Shown: piece after piece, positions 25,055 through 36,015 of the stretch
Numbering within the stretch: the stretch's first letter is position 1
How the letters are laid out: each line of letters starts with the position of its first letter
NCBI RefSeq assembly: GCF_006345805.1
Contig: NC_042997.1
Coordinates: 105,896,001 to 105,960,000 of the forward strand
From: Octopus sinensis
Taxonomy: Eukaryota
Direction of reading: 5' to 3'
DNA: 64,000 nucleotides
Translations under genes and position numbers: made by a program
Notes under the pieces: generated by a model
What the model was told of the DNA's origin: nothing
What the model saw: the letters and a program-made list of their open reading frames with translations, nothing else
The model's database searches: none

Positions 25055-25106
<52 letters not shown>

Positions 25107-25254
25107 ATATATGTGAGTATGCGTATCAGTGTATGCAGTTTCGTCCGGAATAGAACATCGAATTTTAAGGAGTGTGTTGCTACAGTTTTTTAACAACCAC
25201 TTGCAAAAGTTGCCAAGTTGGTGTCTGTCACAAATGAAAAAATATATCTCATGC

Positions 25255-25323
<69 letters not shown>

Positions 25324-25574
25324 TATATATAATATTATATATATATACACAAATATATATATAGAATATATATATATTATATATATATAATATGCATGTT
25401 AATATATGTATATACATACGCTTTTTTGCTCCTTCGTATGAAAATAATCAATTCTAAGAACGTAATATGATACTGTATTATCAAATGATTTTGTTATGGT
25501 TAGTTTACATTACACATTGCCACTTTTAAATGTAAGTTTATTTTTTACAGATTTCTGCTGTTTGTTTATTTTAC

Positions 25575-25616
<42 letters not shown>

Positions 25617-25948
25617 TATTATTATTATTGTTATTATTATCAGTAGTAGTAGTAGAAGTACTACTAGTTACATTTATTTATTTATATATTTATATATTGC
25701 TCTAATGTAATGTCTTACAACATATACATCTTGCGTTGCATTTTCAAACTCGACTTTTAACTACTTATATTTTTTCATTTTATTTCATAAATTCGTTATA
25801 TATAAATATATATATTATGCGTGTGTGTGAGAGAGAGTGCATGTGTGTGTGTGTTGTGTGTTATGTATATATGAATACATTGCATATATAGTTACACCAA
25901 GACACATTTCCACATATACAGACATACGGCAGTACGTACATTGATACG

Positions 25949-25996
<48 letters not shown>

Positions 25997-26561
25997 TTGT
26001 AGGAGGGTTGTCCTTTATATCTGTGTGCATATAAAAATATTTATCAATGTATACTTTAGATACGTAAATATATAATCCACAAATGTACAGAAATTTAGGT
26101 TTAAATATTCTCTAATGTGCACAGTTGTATGTGTAACGCATAGGATATTTGCATCCGCTTGTCCATTCAAATTTTTTAATGTAAACAATCAGATAAATTT
26201 TGCTGAATACTTCATGACTTACTTCTGAACGCTGAAAGACTATATTCCAACAAAAAAATAAGTTTGTCCTTAACCCATTTTTCGATATGTAATTGAAAAA
26301 CGTTTCACCATGTTGTCCAGATGTGTTCCAGATATGGCCAAAGAAACCTGGTGAGTATTCTAATTAGTATGTAATTCTAATGACTGGCGTGTGTTTGTGC
26401 GTTTGTTCTTGTGTGTCTGTGCGTGCCTTTGGATTAACTCCCACCAGGCATTAATTTTTGCTTCTAAATTAAAGGACATTGTAGAAGAAGCGTTCAATTC
26501 CTTGTGAAATGAATGCAAGGTTATGGAGCAGCAATTAATTCATTGTTACATTACATATTAA

Positions 26562-26845
26562 AGCGGCGAGCTGGTTGAATCGTTAGCAGGCCGGGCGAAA
26601 TGCTTCGCTGTATTTCGTCTGTCTTTATATTCTGAGTTCAAATTTTGCCGAGGTCGACTTTTCCTGTCATCCTGTCGGGGTCGATAAATTGAGTACCAGT
26701 TATGTACTGAGATTGAACGAATCAACTGGCTACCACTCCCAAAATTTCAGGCCTTGTACCTATAGTAGAAAGGATAAAATAAGTACCTGTTGTACACTGG
26801 GGTCGATGTAATCGATTTAGCTCGTCCCCCCCCCCGAAAATGTAA
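26562..26845 (+). mobile_element. SINE family A with a partial internal duplication
   Basis: AAGCGGCGAGCTGGTTGAATCGTTAGC head; the GATAAA.T.AGTACC segment occurs twice. Confidence 0.75.
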
Positions 26846-27201
26846 GGCTTATTACATTATATATTAAGGTAGCAAGCTGGCACAATCATTAGCGCGTTTA
26901 TCGACAATATGCTTAGTAGCATTTCTTCCGGATATTTATGCTCCGAGCTCAAATTCTGCTGAGATCCACTTTGCCTCTCATCCTTTTGGGGTCTGGAAAA
27001 TAAGTAATTACCGAACACTGTGTTCGATGTATTCGAATACTACCCCTCCCTCAAAATATCGTGTCTTGAGTCTATAGCGTAAAGAATTATTAATTAATAT
27101 AAGTAAAACTGAGAATATGAGGTACTAGCAATGGTCTTTGCGTTACATTTATTAACACCGATATAACTATTGCTATTCATGTGGATCCCTCCCACTCTGT
27201 C

Positions 27202-27243
<42 letters not shown>

Positions 27244-27656
27244 CCGCTTTGTCTATCTCTCTCGTCTTCCCTCCCTCTCTTTCTCTTTTTCTCTCTCAAT
27301 GATTTCTTACTATTTTAATAAGCTGAGACCTTAGCCCTTTTGTTAAAGCAATCTCATTCCAGTTAAAATGAGATTGCTTGAGAACAGATTCACGTACCTC
27401 TTCCATAGAATAGCAGCTTCTCTTCCCCAATATATATAGCGTGGTTTTAATACTTTAAAATATAATTCTATGAGATTAATAGGTAACATTCATAGTCATT
27501 ACTTCTAGAAAGCAAAACCAAATGGGAGTGGGTTGGCAAGAAGAATAAGGTATCGCTTCGAATTCATTATAGTAATTGGCTTTCATTCTCAAAATGCTGA
27601 GTTCAAATATCCGTTACGGTTGATTTTGCATTTCATTCTGCAGGGACTATAATATA

Positions 27657-28066
27657 TACTCTTTTACTTGTTTAAGTCATTTGACTGTGGCCATGCTGGA
27701 GCACCACCTTTAGTCGAGCAAATCGAACCCAGCACTTATTCTTTGTAAGCCTAGTACTTATTCTATCGGTCTATTTTGCCGAACCGCTAAGTTATGGTGA
27801 CGTAAACACACCAGCATCGGTTGTCAAGCGATGTTGGGTGGAAGGGATAAACACAGACGCACAAACATATACACACACACACACACATATATATACATAA
27901 ATACGAAGGGCTTCTTTCAGTTACCGTCTACCAAATCCTCTCACAAGGCTTTGGTCGACCCGAGGCTATAGTAGAAGACACTTGCCCAAGGTGCCACGCA
28001 GTGGGACTGAACCCGGAACCATGTGGTTGGTAAATAAGCTACTTACCACACAGCCACTTCTACGCT
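27657..28066 (-). mobile_element. SINE family D, full length, with internal microsatellite
   Basis: Minus strand: AGCGTAGAAGTGGCTGTGTGGTAAG head, GGCACCTTGGGCAAGTGTCTTC (CORE-like), (TG/TA)n, tail GGTGGTGCTCCAGCATGGCCACAGTCAAATGACTTAAACAAGTAAAAGAG. Confidence 0.9.
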
Positions 28067-28074
28067 TATATATA

Positions 28075-28164
<90 letters not shown>

Positions 28165-28182
28165 TATTATATATTATATATA

Positions 28183-28279
<97 letters not shown>

Positions 28280-28301
28280 ATAATATATATATTATATATA
28301 T

Positions 28302-28335
<34 letters not shown>

Positions 28336-28418
28336 AGCGTAGAAGTGGCTGTGTGGTAAGTAGCTTATTTACCAACCACATGGTTCCGGTTCAGTTGGGT
28401 GGAAGGGATAAACACAGA
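28336..28418 (+). other. Local fold-back duplication of the adjacent SINE
   Basis: 28336-28393 is the reverse complement of 28008-28066 (1-nt indel); 28394-28418 is an exact direct copy of 27833-27857. Confidence 0.9.
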
Positions 28419-28545
28419 TTAGAAAGGAATGAGGCTAGTATGCTCCACTGGATGTGTTATGTAAGGTTACATGTTCTTCATCAGGGTGCTATTGTTTAGA
28501 GAGAGAGAGAGAAGTTAGGCCTAAGAGGAATTAGTTGCTGTGTGC

Positions 28546-28589
<44 letters not shown>

Positions 28590-28981
28590 CAATTATGATT
28601 CAATATCGTTTATCTTTTATCTATTTCAGTGATTAGACTGCAGCCATGTTGAAGGACATGAAGAAGGTTTCAGTCAAATGAATCGACCCCAGTACTTAGT
28701 TTTTAAGCCTCTTACTTATTTTATCGAACCCTTTTGCCAAACCACTTAGTTACAGGTACGTAAACACACCAACACCGACTATCAAGGGGTAGTGAGGACA
28801 AACAAAGAAATACACACACATGTGTATGTGTCTGTGTGATACAAATAACATGATCATTTATTTTCGAACGCAGAAACGCCGTTAGAACACCAGAAATGTT
28901 GGGTAAGTTACCCCTTACAAAGCTGAAATATTTTTCAACAAAACCGTGGGACTCGCAGTCACATCCCTCGATGTGTATATG

Positions 28982-29064
<83 letters not shown>

Positions 29065-29072
29065 ATATAGTA

Positions 29073-29175
<103 letters not shown>

Positions 29176-29232
29176 ATAGTATATATATTATATATATATG
29201 TATATGTATATGTATATGTATGTATATATATA

Positions 29233-29901
29233 TCCTTAAATCCTTAAAAATGTTTTAGCCCGAAGGCCGCGGCCATGCTGGGGCACCACCGCTGAATGAG
29301 CTACACTAATATGTGAATCCACCTCTGATACGTGGCACTTGATCAACAAGGGAGTTCGATGCTGCTGCCCGCATCTGCGTCTCCTGTCGTGAGGTAGGTT
29401 CATCTGAGACTCCCGGCAAGAAGAGATCCAGTTTAGTTTTAAAGAAACCCACATCCACACCATGTAAGTCTCTCAGGCATTTAGGGAGGATGTTAAAGAG
29501 CTGTGGTCCTCTGAAACCCAGCTGTTGCAGTATCTGGACCTGTATTTTGATGGTGATGTTGGAATCTTTGGCACCATGCAGTGGCGCCCTGTTCTTGCGG
29601 TTGGGGTAACTTTGAATGCCAAAGTTTGGGACAAGACCCTCCAGGATTTTCCAGATGTAATCACCGCATATCTCTCCCGCCTCCGCTCTAGGGAGAAGAT
29701 GTTTAATACCTTCAGTCTTTCCCAGTAGCTGATTTTTGCATTGAGACGATTTTCTTTGTGTAGCTTCTCTGAATTGCTTCGAGTTCTGCTGTTAGTTTTT
29801 TATATTATGTGGTGACCATAGTTGGGAGCAGTAGTCCAAGCGGCTGAGGACAAACTTTTTCCATAGGACCATCAGTGCCTCCTTCTCTCTTTTTCTGAAA
29901 C
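29233..29901 (-). mobile_element. 5'-truncated CR1/L2-group LINE (RT C-terminus plus 3' tail), frameshifted
   Basis: [83 protein letters not shown]; ends in a short (TTTAAGGA)2 repeat. Confidence 0.88.
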
Positions 29902-29912
29902 ATATATATGTA

Positions 29913-29955
<43 letters not shown>

Positions 29956-29997
29956 ATATATATAATATAATAGATATGTATATATGTGTATATATGT

Positions 29998-30048
<51 letters not shown>

Positions 30049-30084
30049 TGCTTCCACGCAGTTTCTATCTACCAAATTCCACTC

Positions 30085-30117
<33 letters not shown>

Positions 30118-30249
30118 CTATATATATATACATACATACATATATATATGTATACATATATATACATATGTATTGGTATATGTATTATATATATATATAT
30201 ATATATATATTACATATACTATATGTATATATGTATATATGTATATATG

Positions 30250-30328
<79 letters not shown>

Positions 30329-30330
<2 letters not shown>

Positions 30331-30386
30331 AGGCGCAATGGCCCAGTGGTTAGGGCAGCGGACTCGTGGTCGTAGGATCGCGGTTT
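30329..30386 (+). mobile_element. SINE family B head only
   Basis: GGAGGCGCAATGGCCCAGTGGTTAGGGCAGCGGACTCGTGGTCGTAGGATCGCGGTTT, then truncated. Confidence 0.8.
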
Positions 30387-31189
30387 GAGTTGTTGGTTAT
30401 ATGCTCTCTACGTTAGATGCGTTAATACTTCCTGAAGAAGTGTTACTTTTGCTGAGGCTGTCTCTGGATTGTTTCGTATTTAGATTGGTGTCTTACGGTT
30501 AAGGTTTCAAATACCAACGTTCATCTATAATGGTGTATATTTAATCGTTATTGCGGTATTTCTTTGATCAAGACGTGCATTAAATTAAAGTTCGAAGCAA
30601 CGATAATTATTTTCCCTCGTGTTGGTGACTAGTTTAATATGCTTTAGTTTCATATTCACTTAAATTGCTTTGGTGATGTCTCCTCATTGTCGTCTTCAGT
30701 TTAGCGTTAACAATAATCCATCCCACGGGATAATTTTATTATGTTGATTAGTGAGTTTTTTGTTCTCTCTCTCTCTCTCTCTCTCACTCACTCTCCCATC
30801 CTCTCTCTCTCTCTCTTGGCACCAGGCCAATGTTTTCTAAATAGAAGGTTATATTTTAAAACGACTATAGAATTGGTTCTCCTTTTTTATTGACTTCAGC
30901 ATCAAAGGCAAAAATGACGCCGGTGAGATTTCAACGTTGAGTATTAAGAAACTGGACGAAGCACCTTAAAGCAATTAATTCAGAAATATACTTGCTGTCG
31001 TGTGCCTCTTCTCTGCGCTACAAGTTATATGCAAATGATGTCTGAAGGCGGGTGGAGGGAGTGAGCTAATACGTACGGTACATACATTCGATCGTTATGA
31101 ACAAGTCATTTGTGCAGGTTGTTCGACAAAAGCTGAACAGTCATACGTCGTCTTTGACGGGAGAGTCCATCATATAATATATATGTTCC

Positions 31190-31320
31190 ATTTGAAAACC
31201 CCACTAGAATGGGAGAAAGCGCTAATACATGATCTAAGTTATATGATGTATAAAAACATGAAATATACAAATTAATATCTGTAAATATAAAACCATCCGA
31301 ATTTCTGAGTACCTCATTTC

Positions 31321-31330
<10 letters not shown>
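31190..31330. repeat. Unclassified interspersed repeat, copy 2 (see 13346-13486)
   Basis: Direct similarity to 13346-13486. Confidence 0.8.
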
Positions 31331-31403
<73 letters not shown>

Positions 31404-31430
31404 CTGTGTGTGTGTGTGTGTGTACGTATG

Positions 31431-31523
<93 letters not shown>

Positions 31524-32050
31524 GGATGGATGGATGGATGGATGGATGGATGGATGGATGAATGGATAGATTGCCTGATTGATTGATTTATCGTTACTTT
31601 TTTTAACCCTTTGCAAGTCCAAAGCATACGTTTGTGCTAAACGTCTATGTTATAATTCAGATCCTTGTCACCCCTTCTTTCATACGTTCTGAGTAATATA
31701 AAGTTTTCCTTTCGTAAATTTGAAGTTACTCTGAGAGCTGAAAAGAAATTAGGAATGTGTATCATATATGATTAAAGGACCCCAGGGAAATATGTATTGT
31801 GTATTACATGCGATATTGAGGACAGACAAAGGGCTAAGAAGTTATGTTACATAGCATTCTAATCATAAATCCATTATGTCAGAAGGAAGCTGGCGAATAC
31901 TTCACCTTCTTTGGTTATGTCTTCAGCAGAGATATAGCTCAGTACCTGTAATAGTAAACAGTAAACAAACTAGACCCTTTGACTGGTAGTTCTGTTCTAT
32001 TGCATCACCTAGTCGACGCTTTTATTACCGTATACGTTTGCATTAATTAG

Positions 32051-32280
32051 GGCGGCGAGCTGGCAGAAACGTTAGCACGCCGGGCGAAATGCTTAGCAGT
32101 ATTTCGTCTGCCGCTACGTTCTGAGTTCAAATTCCGCCGAGGTCGACTTTGCCTTTCATCCTTTCGGGGTCGAGTAAATAAGTACCAGTTACGCACTGGG
32201 GTCGATGTAATCGACTTAATCCGTTTGTCTATCCTTGTTTGTCTTCTCTGTGTTTAGCCCCTTGTGGGTAGTAAAGAAAT
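32051..32280 (+). mobile_element. SINE family A, well-preserved full-length copy
   Basis: Used as the reference copy: head, B box GAGTTCAAATTCC, GCCTTTCATCCTTTCGGGGTCGAG..AAGTACCAG, tail GGGTAGTAAAGAAAT. Confidence 0.92.
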
Positions 32281-34230
32281 GTATACGTTTGCATTAATAA
32301 ATAAAAATGTAACTAAACTATCAGTAAAAACCATTTGATGGTGTATATCTTATTCCCTATTGCAACTAATCGACTTACACTCGGTTTATTTACGTTCAGC
32401 AGTAAATCTAAAACCTTGCGCAATATGAGAGAAATCAATATATAAAATTGAGACCATACTTATGAGATACATTATGTTGAAGAATAGAATGCAGTTCTTA
32501 GAAAAAATTAACAATTTATTGTTTATTTTTCAGTCAACTCCGGAAAGAGCCAGCACTGGCATATAGAAATAGATTCAAAATGCCGAGAGAAGGATTGATT
32601 TGTTCTCTCCGGTGAAATTAATTCCTATGTGTCGAGAAGAAAACAGCTGCTACGCATTGGCCGACGTTTTGAATTAGGATGTTGTTTGTGGTAGCGATAG
32701 TGGTGAATATTGTGCAAAGAGACGGTGTGATTGTGGCGGCAGAGGCGGCGCTAGAGAAAAAATACCAAGTAAAGAAAAGATAAAAAAGTGATATAACAAA
32801 GACTTTTTTAGCTGCTTGACACACACTGAGCAGTAACTTTGAAAAAATGTCAAATTTAGGAAAAGGAAAGCAGATGAATTCTTTTAATTTATCTGAAATC
32901 AATAATTAAAGATTGAACAAGAAAGACAGAGACGAAGCAAAGATGTGAATGGGATGTGGGTGTAGCAAAGAGATATTAGTTAGAAAAAGATATAACACGC
33001 AACATCAACAGACTGTGAAGCATCAAGGATACAAAGAAACATTGAAAGTTATAGTCAGTATAGATTCAACATTTGAAAGAAAGAGTTAGACTTTGGTAGT
33101 GCCAAACCCATTGTCAGCTGTTTTCTTGTTAGCCATTGATGTATGGGACACTTCAGTTTTTGCACCGGAAGTTAAATTTAATCCCTGTTTTGTTACTACG
33201 GAAAGTGACAAATTAAAGAAGCATTTTTTTTCAAACGTCACAAACTTTCGATGCAAATTGATTTGATGCAATTTGCATTGAAACAATGGTGAATATCTGC
33301 AACTGTTTGTTGTCGTAATTCATGTTGTTATGTCAGTTGTTTATTTTGACTGATTATTATACTTTTCCCATGTAATCATTCTATAAAATGAAATAAAAAA
33401 TGGCGTCGTTTTTTCATCTTTTTTTTATTCTTTTTGTGGAAGTCGAGCTACCGTTAACGCATCCTTGAGTGAGAAGTAAATCATACGGAATATCCGGTCC
33501 TTGTGTAGACACACAGACACCAAGTCTGCTGTTTTAATGATATGATTGTGCTAATCTCATATACTTATTGTCCCTGTCATCACCCTTATTGTCGCCGTCG
33601 TCGTCGGCGGCGTTATTGCTACTGTTATTTTTTCCTAGCTTTATGCGTGTTATTGCTGTTACTTTCGTTGTGGAAATCACTGAGTCAGTGGTTGTAGGTG
33701 TGGATGACATTGAGACTGTGGTTGTTGCTGATGCTATCCTTAACGTTATTATATCGTTAATAACAAAAACATGTTATAATGTTATTAATTATTTAGGCAA
33801 CCCAGTCGTTAGTACAATAGAGAACCGAATACAAGGGATCAGAGTATTCAGTTTCCTCTCCCTATTTTCTGTTTTAGAGCCCGCTACGATCGAGGTTACA
33901 TATTTTGCTCTGGAAAGGTTAGTTGATAAATTAACACCAATATAAGTTATAAGATGCAATTAAATTTATTAAATCCCTGCAAAATATGATAAATAAAAGA
34001 AAAACAAATAATGAGCTTATCTTTTTCATTGTCAAATGTAATACTATTGCTTTATTAATGTCTACTGTTACGAGGAAAAGCAATATCTATGATATTTCCA
34101 ATGCCTCCGAGATTGGGAGAAGATTGTTATCCTCGAGACTTAGGCCAGACACTCCAGTCACCCAAAAGCCAGCTGGTGATGTTAAATAGCCTGACGGATA
34201 AAGTTTGCCACCCAAGAATATGGATGATCA

Positions 34231-34355
34231 TGCAGCCGGATTTCTATATATTTTGTATCGAAGTCAATCGATACAAAGTATATGGAAATCCGGCTGCACT
34301 ATGATGCCACTTATGATGCCATTTATGATGCCACTATCGGGTGGCATCATAAATG
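34231..34355 (+). other. Two adjacent hairpins (31-bp and 15-bp stems, 6-nt loops) with 12-bp tandem repeats
   Basis: 34231-34261 pairs with 34268-34298 (two G-U pairs, no true mismatch on + RNA); 34320-34334 pairs with 34341-34355. Confidence 0.85.
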
Positions 34356-34542
34356 CGAAACAAACTTCATCACACATAAGCACTTGCAGAACAAAATGCT
34401 TAGCGGCATTTCGCCCGTCGCTACGTTGTGAGTTCAAATTCCGCCGAGGTCGATAAATTAAGTACCAGCGAAACACTAGAGTCGATGTACTTGACTAGTC
34501 CCTTCTCCTCAAATTTCAGTCTTTGTGCCTATAGTAGAAAGG

Positions 34543-34637
<95 letters not shown>

Positions 34638-34650
34638 ATAAATAATAATA

Positions 34651-34897
34651 ATGCGCCCTTTTAAAGCCTAGTCAGGCTCATGGGCCCGGTTTCTCGGTTT
34701 CAATGGCGTATGTGTTTCCCAGCTGGACGGGACGCCAGTCCATCGCAGCGTTACTCATTTTTGCCAGTTGTGTGGACTGGAGCAACGTGAAATGAAGTGT
34801 TTTGCCCAAGAACACAACGAGTCGCCCGGTCCAGGTATCGAAACCACAATCTTACCATCATGATACTGACACCCTAACCACTAAGCCACGCACCTCC
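34651..34897 (-). mobile_element. SINE with family C-like head, CORE-like domain and a GCGATGGACTGGCGTCCCGTCCAG (V-domain-like) tail
   Basis: Minus strand GGAGGTGCGTGGCTTAGTGGTTAGG..GTTGTGTTCTTGGGCAAAACACTT..AACGCTGCGATGGACTGGCGTCCCGTCCAG..GGCTTTAAAAGGGCGCAT; tail shared with ~63478-63580. Confidence 0.85.
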
Positions 34898-35104
34898 ACA
34901 GTATGATACGTAATAACCAATAAATTCAGCTCAGGAAAAGAACAGAGTATTCTAATGTGGCCAAAAACTATTTGATACTGAATCAATAGCTTTGCGACTA
35001 ATCATTCAAAATATTTTGTGTTTGCATTTGCTTTGCAAGATTCTTGATATGAACTCGTGTGTTGAAGATACTTTGTTGCATCTTGTGAAATCATACCAAT
35101 AATG

Positions 35105-35310
35105 ATTTTCAAATTTTGGCACAAGACCAGCAATTTCGAGGAAGGAGCCAGAACATCGACCCCGTGCTCGTCTGGTACTTATTTTATTGGTTCCGAGAGG
35201 ATGAAAGGCAAAGGCGGCCTTGGCGGAATTTGAACTCAGAACATGAAGACAAACGAAATGCTGCTAAGCATTTTGCCCGGCGTGCTAGCGACTCTGCCAG
35301 CTCACCGCCT
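35105..35310 (-). mobile_element. SINE family A copy
   Basis: GCGGAATTTGAACTCAGAAC..GCTAAGCATTTTGCCCGGCGTGCTAGCGACTCTGCCAGCTCACCGCC. Confidence 0.8.
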
Positions 35311-35605
35311 TTAGTCATTATACTAATAATAAACAGATGCACCGATTCTGTTTCATTTTCTTTTTTTTGTTTTATTAGTCAATTGGTTGACCAGTTAACC
35401 ATATAACTAATCACTTGTTTGATTAATCGTTTGACCAGGCAGTCAAACAGCTAGGTTTGTCAAAGTCCTTTCGTCGCCATTCGCAACCTCACCAATAACG
35501 AGTCTTCTCTAATCTAGCTCTGCTTCAGTTCGGCCTGATAAATTCATGCAATTAAAATTACTTGAAATACCGAAATATTTTTATGAATATTCAAATTTTG
35601 TTTTC

Positions 35606-35876
35606 TGTTGTGGCGAGAGTCACGATATTCCCTACGAGAATAGACTGACCAAACGACTATACATTGCAGCGGTTTGAGAGAGATAGAGAGTGAGAGAATA
35701 GGCGTTAATAGCAGGAAGTCGTAAAGAGTCGTATTGGTAGTTTGTCAGAATGTCGTTTGTTGGTCCGTGCATGGTTCGTAGAGAGTTTGTTAGAGTGCTA
35801 CGTTGTTGTTACCCTGCTTCGTTATATGTTTTATTGTTACTACGCGGTTATAGTGTAAAAAAGGATCGTCATAACA
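35606..35876 (+). mobile_element. Probable 5' LTR of the Gypsy element
   Basis: Starts TGTTG, ends TAACA, followed by a TTTGGC primer-binding-site-like motif and then gag; no matching 3' LTR in the window. Confidence 0.6.
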
Positions 35877-36015
35877 TTTGGCAATACAACAATATTGATG
35901 ATGAGGATTCGAAGCTCATGTAGGTCAGTTATCAAATTTTTGTAATACAAAGTTGTTAATCACAGAAGACCTATTAGCTTCTATAATACAGTTTCAAATG
36001 CAACAGCAGTAAAAG

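Noticed and set aside
31604-31625. TTAACCCTTT piggyBac-like ends (also reverse forms near 8630 and 62815)
   Set aside because: No matching partner end at a plausible distance, so no element can be delimited.
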